Shown here: positions 27,559 to 38,347 of the stretch, piece after piece
Numbering within the stretch: position 1 is the stretch's first letter
How the letters are laid out: each line of letters opens with the position of its first letter
Source of the DNA: Candidatus Nanosyncoccus sp.
GTDB taxonomy: Bacteria > Patescibacteriota > Saccharimonadia > Saccharimonadales > Saccharimonadaceae
Reading direction: 5' to 3'
Assembly: GCA_045618065.1 (NCBI GenBank)
Contig: JAZLJU010000026.1
Span: 1-48,448 of the forward strand
Length of the DNA stretch: 48,448 nt
Notes under the pieces: model-generated
Told to the model about the DNA's origin: nothing
Seen by the model: the letters and a program-made list of their open reading frames with translations, nothing else
The model's database searches: none
Program-made: the position numbers and the translations under genes

Positions 27559-28728
27559 TTAGTTAAAATGTATGTAATTATACTGCCTGACCTCGTTTGC
27601 AGGTATCGTACGGGAACCAAAATCACCATAGTGGAATGATCCAGAATATAGCTTGGTAGCATAAGCATTGTTATATTCTGTCACATTAATCGAGCCATCA
27701 CCATTCACGCTTTCAACCCAAAACACATGTCCATAAGGCGCACCGCCACTCTGTCCAATCGTATTTGCCGCTGGACTTTTATCTACTCTGTAGCCAGCAT
27801 TACGCGCGCCAGACGCCCAAGAGTAAGCATTCCCCCAAGCCGCTGGAACACCAAAAGCCTCATACGCTTTCCAACCAGCATAACTTACACATTCACAAAC
27901 ATAACCACCAATTTTGTAACCGTCCCAATAAGTCAAATATGCATCTTGCCTACCTGGACAATCGGCTTGCCAAGGATAAGTATTCGCACCAGTATACTGG
28001 CTTGCTGTACCTTGAAATTCTTCCGGATGTGCTTCCTGATATCGTTGCGCAGCCAACCTAGCCTCTTCCTGAGCCGCAGCTGCCACAGCATTATAGGCCT
28101 CTGCATCATTTGCATATTTTTCTACCAACGCTTTTTTGTCGGCCTGTTGTTTAGATAAATCCGCCTTTTCAGACTCCTGCCTAGCTAACAACTCTTCTAC
28201 TTTTGCTTTCTCGTCCTCAAGTTCTTCTTTAGCCTTTTTCACAGATTCCGCCTTAGTATTGATTTGTTCCTGCGCAACTTCTTCCCGCGCTGCTTTTTCA
28301 GCTAAATCAGAAATTGAACTTGCACCAGCTAATATACGAATCGGTTCTGCATCGGATTCAAAATGCATATTCACCAAAAGTTCAGCTAAAGCCTCCTGTT
28401 CTTCATCCAATTTCGCTTCTTTTTCGTCTATTTCATCTTTTAGCTCTTTAATTTCGGCTGTCGTGCTAGCGATCTCTGCCTCTTTTTTGGCAATTTCTGC
28501 CGAAAGTTCACTCACTTTTATTTGATAAGCGTTCGCCGATCTAGCTGCATTAGCGGCGTTTCTATTAGCCTCTTGCTCTTTAGCTACTGCAGCCCTACAA
28601 GCATCTGATTTTTGACAAGCCCTTGAAATGGCCGCTACATTAGCAATCGAACCAAAACTCAAAACCCCAGACAAAACTACTGTTGCAACTAATTTTATTT
28701 TCTGGTTTTTGTTTTTAATTTTTACCAT
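27559..28728 (-). CDS. coiled-coil CHAP peptidoglycan hydrolase (PcsB-like)
   Basis: signal peptide, long coiled coil, ECVSY, WGNA..W, YGHV..VE; downstream of ftsEX. Confidence 0.88.
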   Translation of the reverse strand: MVKIKNKNQKIKLVATVVLSGVLSFGSIANVAAISRACQKSDACRAAVAKEQEANRNAANAARSANAYQIKVSELSAEIAKKEAEIASTTAEIKELKDEIDEKEAKLDEEQEALAELLVNMHFESDAEPIRILAGASSISDLAEKAAREEVAQEQINTKAESVKKAKEELEDEKAKVEELLARQESEKADLSKQQADKKALVEKYANDAEAYNAVAAAAQEEARLAAQRYQEAHPEEFQGTASQYTGANTYPWQADCPGRQDAYLTYWDGYKIGGYVCECVSYAGWKAYEAFGVPAAWGNAYSWASGARNAGYRVDKSPAANTIGQSGGAPYGHVFWVESVNGDGSINVTEYNNAYATKLYSGSFHYGDFGSRTIPANEVRQYNYIHFN

Positions 28729-28749
28729 AACTTAATTATAGCATAAGTA

Positions 28750-29778
28750 TTATGTTTTATGCAAGTATTTTGAGACTGCCAATCTAGCTGAAACTCGCCC
28801 AATCAGCATTCCTAACAAAATAAATATTAAAAATACTAGAATTAATTGATTTGAATCCAAAACTCCGTTTATAGTGCTTACATCAATACCGTAATTCTCT
28901 AATCTCGGTGATAGGAATTTAAAGCCAGCGTATGACAATATTCCAGCTACTACCCCGGCAATCAATCCACAAATTTCTGCTTCGACCAAAAATGGTCCAC
29001 GAATGAAATGCTTGTCTGCGCCCACCAATTTCATCATATAAATTTCTTCCCTACGTGAAAAAATCGCCATTCTAATTGTGCTAAAAATAATCAAAACCGA
29101 AATTACCAAAAATACTATTGCTAAAACCACACCGCCAGTCCGCGCAATTCTTGCCCATGAAGTAATCGTGTTTATTTCTACTCTATTCACATCATAAGTC
29201 GGAGTCTTTTCCTTATCAGTATTAGCTACAAAAAGCTCATCTTCTTCTACTATTTTCTTTATACTATCTAAATTATCTGGATTCTGTACTTTAATACGCA
29301 TTGTCGATTGCATTTTTCCAATCATAGTAGCCGTCATTTCTTCATCCATGATATTGATAATCTCGTCGCTAGTCTCGTTTTCCTTTAAAAACTTGCCGTA
29401 TTCTTCTTCAGAAGTAGAAGTTTCTACAGATTTAATATTTGAATCTTCGCTAATTTTATCTTCCAACTCCGTCAAAACTTCTTCAGAAGTGTTTGGCTTA
29501 AAATAGATCGTAATGTCAATTTTATTTTTCATTTCCTCCGCAGTTTGCGTCAAAATAGTACTCGCTACTACAGTTACAAATAAAATCACAAGAGTAAGCA
29601 CCATCACCACAGTTGCCGCTGTCGAAAGCCAAATATTTCGACCAAAGCCCTTTGCGCCGTATTTTGTTATCCTAGCCTTTTCACGCACATAATGTCTAGT
29701 ATGCGATTTCTGCATAGTTTTTAAATTTTTTCTAGAAGCGCTTTTTAATCTTTCTTCTTTCTCCGGCTTTTTTGTCAT
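28750..29778 (-). CDS. ftsX: cell division permease FtsX
   Basis: TIRMAIFSRREEI..MKLVGA...FIRGPF; 4 TM segments. Confidence 0.92.
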   Translation of the reverse strand: MTKKPEKEERLKSASRKNLKTMQKSHTRHYVREKARITKYGAKGFGRNIWLSTAATVVMVLTLVILFVTVVASTILTQTAEEMKNKIDITIYFKPNTSEEVLTELEDKISEDSNIKSVETSTSEEEYGKFLKENETSDEIINIMDEEMTATMIGKMQSTMRIKVQNPDNLDSIKKIVEEDELFVANTDKEKTPTYDVNRVEINTITSWARIARTGGVVLAIVFLVISVLIIFSTIRMAIFSRREEIYMMKLVGADKHFIRGPFLVEAEICGLIAGVVAGILSYAGFKFLSPRLENYGIDVSTINGVLDSNQLILVFLIFILLGMLIGRVSARLAVSKYLHKT

Positions 29779-30539
29779 TAAATCACCTTCCTTGTTTTTA
29801 ATGCGTGGCCAGGAGTTTGTACCTTTCGCACAATCTTTGGCGCAGGCTTTTCATCCAACTTATAAATTCCATGATTTTTTTGATCATCTACGATCTTACC
29901 ATCTTTCAAAGTTATCACTCGTTTTTGTAAATTATTGACAATCCCCTCATTATGAGTAGTTACTAAAATCGTGGTGCCAAAATCATTAATCTTCTTAAGT
30001 AAGTCAATAATTTCCTGTGTAGTCAGTTTATCCAAATTCGCCGTCGGCTCATCCGCAATTAAAATCTTAGGTTGTCTTGCTACACTACGAGCAATCGAAA
30101 CTCTCTGCTGTTGCCCACCAGAAAGTTGATTAGGAAATTTGTTTGCTTGGTCACTTAGGTCTACCAAGTCTAAAACCTTTGGTACTGTTTTACGAATGTC
30201 CTTATTACTCATACCGGCAATCTCTAACGCGAAAGCTACATTCTCATAAACCGTTCTGCGCGGCAATAACTTAAAATCCTGGAAAACTACACCAAGCCTT
30301 CTACGATAACCTGGGATATGACGTTTTTTAACATAATCAAGATCAATTCCACCAATCACAATCTTGCCAGAATCCGGTACCTCCTCTTTTGTGATCATTT
30401 TAATTAAAGTCGATTTTCCAGCACCCGATTTACCCACCAAAAACACGAACTCATTTGGTTCGATATGTAAAGAAACATCATCCAACGCAGGCTCACTGTC
30501 GCCAGGATAACGTTTGGTTATAGAATCAAGCAATATCAT
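29778..30539 (-). CDS. ftsE: cell division ATP-binding protein FtsE
   Basis: GKSGAGKST, GVVFQDFKLL, LSGGQQQR, ADEPT. Confidence 0.93.
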   Translation of the reverse strand: MILLDSITKRYPGDSEPALDDVSLHIEPNEFVFLVGKSGAGKSTLIKMITKEEVPDSGKIVIGGIDLDYVKKRHIPGYRRRLGVVFQDFKLLPRRTVYENVAFALEIAGMSNKDIRKTVPKVLDLVDLSDQANKFPNQLSGGQQQRVSIARSVARQPKILIADEPTANLDKLTTQEIIDLLKKINDFGTTILVTTHNEGIVNNLQKRVITLKDGKIVDDQKNHGIYKLDEKPAPKIVRKVQTPGHALKTRKVI

Positions 30540-30577
30540 AATTCCATATTACCATAAGTACAAAAAGATTTCAAATA

Positions 30578-32971
30578 TTATTCTTGTGAAACAATATGAA
30601 AAGTAATATTTTTGATGTCCGCACCCTCCGCTTGATAGATTACTCCAGGCAAAATCTCAGCGTTCGGATATTTTTCTTTTACATCCTTCAAAACTTCTGC
30701 ATATTTCTTATCGGTCGTAATAGTTAAATCTTCTATAGTTTTTTTACTAAATTTGATCTGTCTCTTTTGTGATGCTAAAGGTAAAATCACCTCCAGATCA
30801 ATTTCGAACCCTGCTAAGTATGGCGCCAATTTAAAATCGTGCTTCACTATATTTTTAAACTCGCCTACTACACCAACATAAACATCATTTACCCAAATTT
30901 CCGCCGAACGTTCTCTTTCAAAAGGCTGGATCTCTGCAAATTTATTTTTTACCGGCAAAAATTCTACCTGAATATTAAACGACTCTAAAAGCCCGTTCAC
31001 ATACTTCTTAGCTTTATAAAATGCCGTTTCGCTATTCTTGCGTTCCGCAACTACCATACCAAGTGATTTTTTCTCAACCGGTACATTTTCAGCATCAAGG
31101 CCCAAATCTTTGCGATAAACCGTATTCATTTCAAAAATCGCAAATTTTTCAACTGGCAATTTTTCATTCATATAAGTTTTTTCGAGTAAACTCGGCACAA
31201 TACTTTGTCGCACATATTGCAAAACCGGCGAAATTGAATTTGTAATTTTATATGAATTTTTCACTTCTTGACCAACTCTACTCAACAAATCTCCGCTCAC
31301 AAAACTATAAGTCAAAATTTCATTCGCACCGAACTTGGCTAAAATATCACGAATTTCATGCTTAAATTCAAACATTTTATTCTTTTCAGCCGTAAAATGC
31401 GCCGGCAAAACTGGTTCAATACTATCGTAACCCAAAAGTCGCCCAATTTCTTCAATAACATCTTCCTTAATATGAATGTCTGTACGCCATTCCGGCGCCA
31501 CAACTTCCCAATTCTCACCAATCTCCTTAATTATAAAACCCACGTTTTCCAAAGTTCGTCTGATTAAATCTTCGCCATACTCCGTTCCCAAAAGTCTATT
31601 TATCTCAGATGTTGTAATTTTTACAACATTTTCTTTTTCTTTAGATTTATAACAGTCCGAAACATTTACTACACTAAAATCTTCCCTCAACATATCCGCA
31701 AATTTTTTCGCATTACCCAAAGTCTGATATGTTGGCTGTCCTTTAGTAAATCGCGTAATTGCTTCCGAGAAAATTCCATGTGCCATTTGAGTTTTGCGTA
31801 AATTGTACAAGCTGAAAGTCGCTGATTCTAAAATAATTCTTTTTGTTGTCTCATCAATTTTTGTCGATTCGCCACCCATCGCGCCAGCTAATGCTACAGG
31901 AGTATTATTCGAACAAATCACAATATCATTTTCATTTAGCTCAATTTCTTTTCCATCCAAAAGCACCAACTTTTCGCCAGTTTTTGCAAGTCGCACACGA
32001 ATTAACGGATCTTCTATCCCTCCAACTTTGATAAATTTATCATAATCAAACGCATGTAGAGGCTGGCCAGTATTTAACATTATTAAATTAGTGGCATCTA
32101 CAATTTTGTCAATCGGTTTCATACCAGATTTACATAAAATAATATCGGTATAAGTTAAAAATTTTTTCTCCGAACCGGATTTTCTATTTAAAACCATAGC
32201 TGAATAGCGCGGGCAGATCGTTGCATCTTCTATATCAATCTCTATACCATTATCAATTTCTAAAGACTCTTTAGCATAATCACATTCAAACTTCTGTCCT
32301 AAAATTCCCGCCACTTCACGCGCAAATCCAACCAAACCGAAGCAATCCGGTCTATGAGTTAAAGATTTATTTTCAATTTCTAAAATTTTATCTTCTAAAT
32401 CAAAAACTTCCGCCAATTTTTGACCAGGAACCACTGGCGGCATGTTATATATATTATGTTCGCCACGCAAATCGTCAAAATACCCAGCTTGTTCAGAGAG
32501 CTCAAATTCACTAATCTCCACAATCCCAGAATGATCGTCACCAAAATCCAACTCATCTGCTCCTGCAAGCATCCCGTTCGAATCATATTTACCGAGCATT
32601 CTGCGCTTACCGATCACAAATGGAGCATCTTCATGTACCGAAGCCGGCACAATTGCGCCAGGCGCAATCCAAGCCGCCAACATGCCCGCATGGACATTCG
32701 GTGCGCCACAAATTACTTGTACTAGACCATCCTCATCTTTTTCTACCCTTAAAATTTCCACATTACCTACGTCAATCTTACATAAAGTTAAATGCGTCTC
32801 CGGTATTTTTTCCGCGCTCACAACTCGAACTACATATATATTGTCATATTTATGCGTTTCGTCAATCACGCCTTCAACTTCAACTAATCTCGCACCTATT
32901 AAACGAATTAATTCCTCATCCGAGATTTTCACATCTACCAATTTTTTCAACCAATTTAACGAGATTTTCAT
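30578..32971 (-). CDS. pheT: phenylalanyl-tRNA synthetase beta subunit (short C-terminal domain)
   Basis: MKISLNWL, ICGAPN, GQPLHAFD, WRTDI..EDVIEEI. Confidence 0.95.
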   Translation of the reverse strand: MKISLNWLKKLVDVKISDEELIRLIGARLVEVEGVIDETHKYDNIYVVRVVSAEKIPETHLTLCKIDVGNVEILRVEKDEDGLVQVICGAPNVHAGMLAAWIAPGAIVPASVHEDAPFVIGKRRMLGKYDSNGMLAGADELDFGDDHSGIVEISEFELSEQAGYFDDLRGEHNIYNMPPVVPGQKLAEVFDLEDKILEIENKSLTHRPDCFGLVGFAREVAGILGQKFECDYAKESLEIDNGIEIDIEDATICPRYSAMVLNRKSGSEKKFLTYTDIILCKSGMKPIDKIVDATNLIMLNTGQPLHAFDYDKFIKVGGIEDPLIRVRLAKTGEKLVLLDGKEIELNENDIVICSNNTPVALAGAMGGESTKIDETTKRIILESATFSLYNLRKTQMAHGIFSEAITRFTKGQPTYQTLGNAKKFADMLREDFSVVNVSDCYKSKEKENVVKITTSEINRLLGTEYGEDLIRRTLENVGFIIKEIGENWEVVAPEWRTDIHIKEDVIEEIGRLLGYDSIEPVLPAHFTAEKNKMFEFKHEIRDILAKFGANEILTYSFVSGDLLSRVGQEVKNSYKITNSISPVLQYVRQSIVPSLLEKTYMNEKLPVEKFAIFEMNTVYRKDLGLDAENVPVEKKSLGMVVAERKNSETAFYKAKKYVNGLLESFNIQVEFLPVKNKFAEIQPFERERSAEIWVNDVYVGVVGEFKNIVKHDFKLAPYLAGFEIDLEVILPLASQKRQIKFSKKTIEDLTITTDKKYAEVLKDVKEKYPNAEILPGVIYQAEGADIKNITFHIVSQE

Positions 32972-33922
32972 CTAAAACTCCCTCAAAAAATTAAGATTTC
33001 CCGACTCAAAATAACGCACATCATCTAGTCCATATCTAAGCATTACTAGCCTATCAATTCCACCACCCCACGCAAAACCATGATATTCTTCCGGGTTAAT
33101 TCCCGCCATTTTTAAAACATTAGGATGAATCATCCCACAACCAAGCATTTCCAAAAAATCGCCTTTTTTGCCACCCAAAGTTTTTGGCTTTTCAATCATA
33201 AATTCCAAGCTCGGTTCCGTAAATGGAAAATACCCAGGCTGTGTCCTAATTTCCAATTTTTGCTCGTAGTATCGTTCAAAGAATTCCCGCAAAATCCCCA
33301 ACATATTGCCAAGCGTACAATCTTTAGATACAAAAACCCCTTCACATTGATAAAAAGTATGCTCATGCGTAGCATCTACATCTTCATTGCGAAAAACTCG
33401 CCCTGGAATCACCGTTGCAATTTGCCCGCCATTTTCTAACTTATATTTAAATTTTTTCAACGCTCGGTGTTGCATAGTCGAAGTATGAGCTGGTGGAATT
33501 AAGCCTTCCTCGGTACGAAAAGTATCATAACCATCACGCGCCGGATGTTCCTTCGGGAAATTTAAGCTATCAAACATATGATATTCATCATCTAACTGTC
33601 GAGATTCCATCACATCAAAACCCATCATTTGATAAATTCCAACCACGCGATCAAGTTCAGTCATAAGCGGATGTTTAGACCCCATTTCTGCCGAATAAAA
33701 TTCTGGCATTTTTTCATTTACGCCAGACCACGCTGTAACATCAATTGGCTCCACTTCTTCGTCTATCGCCGACCGCTCTAACTCTTTAATTTTCTCTAAA
33801 ATTACTAGCTTTTCAGCATTAATCTTCCGCCCAAATTCTGCACGCTTGTCCACAGGCAAATCTTTTATTTTACCCGCTCTTACATTCAACTCTTTTAATT
33901 CTTGTTTTAGCTGATCCAACAT
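32972..33922 (-). CDS. pheS: phenylalanyl-tRNA synthetase alpha subunit
   Basis: HPARD, YFPFTEPS, GCGMIHP, GFAWG. Confidence 0.96.
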   Translation of the reverse strand: MLDQLKQELKELNVRAGKIKDLPVDKRAEFGRKINAEKLVILEKIKELERSAIDEEVEPIDVTAWSGVNEKMPEFYSAEMGSKHPLMTELDRVVGIYQMMGFDVMESRQLDDEYHMFDSLNFPKEHPARDGYDTFRTEEGLIPPAHTSTMQHRALKKFKYKLENGGQIATVIPGRVFRNEDVDATHEHTFYQCEGVFVSKDCTLGNMLGILREFFERYYEQKLEIRTQPGYFPFTEPSLEFMIEKPKTLGGKKGDFLEMLGCGMIHPNVLKMAGINPEEYHGFAWGGGIDRLVMLRYGLDDVRYFESGNLNFLREF

Positions 33923-33945
33923 ATTCTTATTTTACCACAAAAACC

Positions 33946-36900
33946 CTAAACAGTAAAAGCTCTGTTTCGTATATCGGCATACAGAATTTGGTTTTGCAAG
34001 ATGAATCCACCAGCTAGTACGTTTTCATTATCAAACTCGAGCACGTCACCTTTATCCACTACCGGTTCACCAAAAGCATAGCGATCGCTTGCATCATAAT
34101 TTGCAATAAAATTATAATAATTCATCACATCCAAAAGCGCAATAACATTATCTTTTGTCATACCAGAATATCTTGCTAAAATTCCTTCATAAGAGTTATC
34201 TAACGGATGTTCTTCATAATATTTATCAAGGTATGCAGAAACCGCTGATTGGTCAATTAGTCCCATTGACTCTGCTAAAGATTGGTCCTCAACAAATCTT
34301 TGATAATTCTTTGTTTCGCTCCAATCAGGCGAAGCTGTAGCATTTACAGTATTCCCGGCCACGCAAGATTCGCCACTAATCCAGCCTATATTAGCTAATT
34401 GCTCTGAATCTTGTATTATATCTAGCACGTCACCTATCACAGGTACAGCACCGATTGCACCATTAATAGCATTGCTAATAACGTTATTGCCAGTATCAAC
34501 GTCGCCAGACACAAATTCATTAGCAATATTTTGATCTGCTACACCAAAAGGAGACGAACGCTCACTACAATATCTAATATATTTAGCTAAATTAGAATCG
34601 TCGTTAATTATAACATTACCATCGCTCGCCTCACTATCAGATAGGTTCGCACGTTTAGCACCTTTACCAGTGTTATCTATACTAGTTATTACATCTGCTG
34701 GATCTTTTTCTATAGTACTAACATCCGTCATAACGTACGAATTACCATAAGAATCTCCTACTGCACCAATAGAAGCCAAATATGGATTAACTTCTGCGTA
34801 ATCATCCATGCTATCTGGTAAAGTCTTTGTGATGTTAGCCGCCGATGCAGTCGGCAACATTGCCATCACGGAAGACGAAACTATAGATTCTCCAGCCGTT
34901 ATCGTAGTAATTAAAGAACTAGCGCTATTAAAACCGGATATCTGTCTCAGAATTGAACCCATAAATGTATTGCCAGAAGTAATATCAAATGGACTCAAAG
35001 TTTCTCGTTCGTATTTATCATTTTCCGCAATCACTTGTTGCTGATTAACAGCAAAATCTTTATACTTATCTATAGATGATAAAGACCCACCGCTTGCTCG
35101 ATGTGCGCCACCTTGATATATATTAGCGCCAGACGTCAAAGCATTGCCTAAATCTTCCCCGCCTAAGTCACTGATCAAATCCCTAGTAAGAGCATTAACT
35201 GCTATCGGTGTAACAAATGTCACCAACGCGCCTAAAATCACGCTAATAGACATACCTAAGGCTACACTACTAGCAATTCCTATAGCCAGTGGCCCACAAG
35301 CAACGGTCGAACCGCCAAATGTAAATGGTGCCCCCAACAAACCAGCAATACACGCTGCTATTTCAAATCCATCCGCTACCGCCGATATAGCTGCTGCTCC
35401 AGCTTTTGCTACTAAACAACCCTCGTACGACGTCATACCCTCGCCTAATCCCCCTAATATTTTTTTAGAATTAGCCATTATATTAAAACTCGCTACACTT
35501 GGATCTTTTGGATCTACTCTAGTATTGTCATACAAAGCGGCGACCCCTTTAGACTCTATTGCAGTTTTATATGTTGATTCCGTTTCGGTATATAACCCGC
35601 TGATCTTACCATCAACAATTTTACCAGTGGCTTCACCCTTTACTACTTCATGTTTGTTTTCTTTTCTCTCATTTAACGAATTAGCCAGTTCATTAATTGG
35701 GGCATCGTCACCCAGACCATATTCAGTTTTATCCACAGTCTCGAAAGACGAAGTTGTTAAATTTAATATTTGCAACATCTCACTGGCTTGAACTAACAAA
35801 TTAATTGCTCCAATCACACCAATTGCCGCGCACCCTATGTTCGCTGCTTTATTAAATTTCCCAGATATCTCATCTAGTCTTGATTTAATTTTCGCCTCAG
35901 TTAAATCTTGCCTATCTAGATCTTCAAAAGGCTCCTCTTTAGAATTTAATTTCTCGCCATTATCGTCATTTTCTTTATCTGTATTTTTAATTCCACCACC
36001 ATTAATCTTATCGGTGCCCTCCCCCATTATTTTTTTAAATAATTTTTTAGCAACACTACTATCATTTTCTCCGCCCGCTTCTTTTAATTTCTTTTTCCAA
36101 TCTTCAAATCTATTACGTGTTAAATTATTTTTCTTTAAAAAATTTTTTGTATTTTTTCCATACCAGTTACCGATTTTACCACGCCAAGTCATCGAACCAG
36201 CATTATAAGCGGTAAAAAACTTAGTATTTGTTGCATAAAAATTTTTAAAACTAATCGCTTCCGCATCAAATTTTACACCCTCAACTCCAGTGTCAAATTT
36301 ACTTAAGTCTAATGAATTTAAAGATTTTACTGCTTTTTCATCCGCCCCAACAACCTTTATGTTGCCAGAGTCATCCTCATATTTTAAAACTTTTATCTTT
36401 TTACCATCCGCTTCAAAAGTCTTTTCGTCATATTCAATTCCTTTTTCTTTTAATTTTTTCTGTTGTTTCTTGGAAATTTTAAATTTTTGACCAAAAATTT
36501 TACTTCCCTTTAGTGGATTTTTCGTTCTTCCAGTTTCCATTTGTGCTTTGAAAAATCTATCCGAACGTTTGTTTACCGAAGTATGCATACTATTAAAAGT
36601 GTCTTTAAATTGTGCGAGCAAATCGAATGGCTGAAAAATCTGCGTAAGAGAAGCTATCCCGCCAGCTATAAACAAAACAAAAGTTATAGCCAAAATCGCG
36701 CCAGATTTTTTTATAGAAAACTTACCCTTAGCTGCATTTTTCGCCAAAGCCATTTTCCCTCCACCAGTGTATAAGCCGGTTCTGTTTTCAGCATTCTTCG
36801 CATCTAAAACCCCACCTTTTTGATCGTCTTTTGCCTTATCATTATTAACGGCAGACTTCTCCGCCGCACCCAAACCTTGCATCGCTGCATCTTGCTTCTT

Positions 36901-37002
36901 TAGTTTATCAGTAGTTGCTAAAAAATCAGGGCGGCTATTTTCTTGCGCTGTCTTCTTTTCCGGAATTTTACTACCAAAATCCTCGCTCGGCTCACTATCC
37001 AT
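33946..37002 (-). CDS. large hypothetical membrane-associated protein
   Basis: 1018 aa ORF with own extended -10; one TM near aa 100-120; central Gly/Ala hydrophobic helices. Confidence 0.8.
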   Translation of the reverse strand: MDSEPSEDFGSKIPEKKTAQENSRPDFLATTDKLKKQDAAMQGLGAAEKSAVNNDKAKDDQKGGVLDAKNAENRTGLYTGGGKMALAKNAAKGKFSIKKSGAILAITFVLFIAGGIASLTQIFQPFDLLAQFKDTFNSMHTSVNKRSDRFFKAQMETGRTKNPLKGSKIFGQKFKISKKQQKKLKEKGIEYDEKTFEADGKKIKVLKYEDDSGNIKVVGADEKAVKSLNSLDLSKFDTGVEGVKFDAEAISFKNFYATNTKFFTAYNAGSMTWRGKIGNWYGKNTKNFLKKNNLTRNRFEDWKKKLKEAGGENDSSVAKKLFKKIMGEGTDKINGGGIKNTDKENDDNGEKLNSKEEPFEDLDRQDLTEAKIKSRLDEISGKFNKAANIGCAAIGVIGAINLLVQASEMLQILNLTTSSFETVDKTEYGLGDDAPINELANSLNERKENKHEVVKGEATGKIVDGKISGLYTETESTYKTAIESKGVAALYDNTRVDPKDPSVASFNIMANSKKILGGLGEGMTSYEGCLVAKAGAAAISAVADGFEIAACIAGLLGAPFTFGGSTVACGPLAIGIASSVALGMSISVILGALVTFVTPIAVNALTRDLISDLGGEDLGNALTSGANIYQGGAHRASGGSLSSIDKYKDFAVNQQQVIAENDKYERETLSPFDITSGNTFMGSILRQISGFNSASSLITTITAGESIVSSSVMAMLPTASAANITKTLPDSMDDYAEVNPYLASIGAVGDSYGNSYVMTDVSTIEKDPADVITSIDNTGKGAKRANLSDSEASDGNVIINDDSNLAKYIRYCSERSSPFGVADQNIANEFVSGDVDTGNNVISNAINGAIGAVPVIGDVLDIIQDSEQLANIGWISGESCVAGNTVNATASPDWSETKNYQRFVEDQSLAESMGLIDQSAVSAYLDKYYEEHPLDNSYEGILARYSGMTKDNVIALLDVMNYYNFIANYDASDRYAFGEPVVDKGDVLEFDNENVLAGGFILQNQILYADIRNRAFTV

Positions 37003-37030
37003 ATTTACATTATAGCACTTATGCTAAAAT

Positions 37031-37264
37031 TTATAAAACAAAAATCGGGATAAGTGCCAAAAGTGCCAAAATTATCAATACAATCCACACCCAGCCAAAT
37101 TTACTGGTTTTTTGCATATCTCTCACATATTCAGAATCTTCTGCAAGATCCGGATCTTTATTTCCTTCAACATCAGCAGTCTCCATCGCTTTTGCGCGTA
37201 AGTCCGCATTAATTCTCTGTGAGAGTTTATCCTGATCATTCTTTTTGTTTACAATTACGCCCAT
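37031..37264 (-). CDS. small C-terminally anchored membrane protein
   Basis: 77 aa, hydrophobic C-terminus, AGGA SD. Confidence 0.7.
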   Translation of the reverse strand: MGVIVNKKNDQDKLSQRINADLRAKAMETADVEGNKDPDLAEDSEYVRDMQKTSKFGWVWIVLIILALLALIPIFVL

Positions 37265-37358
37265 TTTCCTTTTCCTAAATAAATTATTTTAGTATATTTT
37301 TCATTATATCATATATTTTTATGGTATAATAAAGTTAATATCAATTAAAGGAGGAAAA

Positions 37359-38291
37359 ATGGCGACTAAAAAGTCAACCCAGTCGAGCAAATCCAAAAAG
37401 GATAAATCGACTAAATCCAAATCCGCCACGAAAACTGTCGAAAAGACCGTAGTCGAGGCTACAAAAACCAGTACTGCTAGTAAATCCAGTACATCAGTAA
37501 AAACCAGCGAGAAAAAATCCTGCCTTTCAGGCTTTTTCGCCAAAAAATATGACGAGAAAGAAAGTGTTCTCACCGTATTCAAAGATCATAAATTCTACGG
37601 AGCGTTGCTGGGCGAAATCATCGGCACTATGCTACTCGCATTATTGCTTTTCGCTGCATCACTCATGGGCATGGCCAGCGTAGCTACTTACGCTTTTGCC
37701 GTAATTGCAATTTTAATTGCAGTTTATGCATTTTCTGGCGCCTGCCTTAATCCTATCGTTACCGCAGGGATGATGGCGACTCGCCGCATGTCTGTTATCC
37801 GTGGCGTTATGTATATCATCGCTGAAATCATCGGCGCATGGTTCGGTTGGCTCATTTTCAACGGCTTCCACTTAGCCGGTGGCGATACAGCCTACACAAT
37901 GTCTGCAATTACAGCAATTGGTGAAAATCAATTCTGGTTATATGCTATGGTTGAACTACTTGGCGCTGCTATCATTGCTTTTTGTTTCGCGCGCGCACTC
38001 AAATATAAACGCAGCGTTTTCACTTTTGCTGCCGTTACGACCGGTGGTATAGTTCTAGCATTCCTAATCGGTTACGTAGTTTCTGCAGCCTTCTTAGGAC
38101 TAGAAAGCAACTTTGTCATGAACCCAGCTATCGCAATGATGATGCAAATTTTCCCAGCTGAAGGTGAGTTTGGTGAAATCATCGGCGGTGTCTGCCAAGC
38201 ATTGTCAGCATTTGCAATCATCCCAATGATTGGCGGCGTAATTGGCTTTTATCTTTCCGATTTTAATTCTAAATTAGTCGGCGAAGAATAA
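37359..38291 (+). CDS. MIP/aquaporin family channel with Lys/Ser/Thr-rich N-tail
   Basis: EIIGT, SGACLNPIVT and MNPA boxes, ~6 TM segments. Confidence 0.85.
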   Translation: MATKKSTQSSKSKKDKSTKSKSATKTVEKTVVEATKTSTASKSSTSVKTSEKKSCLSGFFAKKYDEKESVLTVFKDHKFYGALLGEIIGTMLLALLLFAASLMGMASVATYAFAVIAILIAVYAFSGACLNPIVTAGMMATRRMSVIRGVMYIIAEIIGAWFGWLIFNGFHLAGGDTAYTMSAITAIGENQFWLYAMVELLGAAIIAFCFARALKYKRSVFTFAAVTTGGIVLAFLIGYVVSAAFLGLESNFVMNPAIAMMMQIFPAEGEFGEIIGGVCQALSAFAIIPMIGGVIGFYLSDFNSKLVGEE

Positions 38292-38306
38292 TATCCCAAA
38301 ACTACA

Positions 38307-38338
38307 AAAAAATAACTCCCATACGGGAGTTATTTTTT
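38307..38338. terminator. bidirectional terminator (MIP/metG)
   Basis: aaaaaataactccc-atac-gggagttatttttt. Confidence 0.85.
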
Positions 38339-38347
38339 AACGACAAA

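Noticed and set aside
26321-30539. ftsE-ftsX-CHAP-S41 cluster as a novel system
   Set aside because: Matches the established FtsEX-PcsB/CwlO type cell-wall hydrolysis module.
34808-36774. Long plus-strand ORFs (e.g. 35144-35791) and similar ORFs opposite rpoB/rpoC/pgm/ribosomal genes
   Set aside because: Antisense shadows of real genes, without SD/promoter support or motifs.
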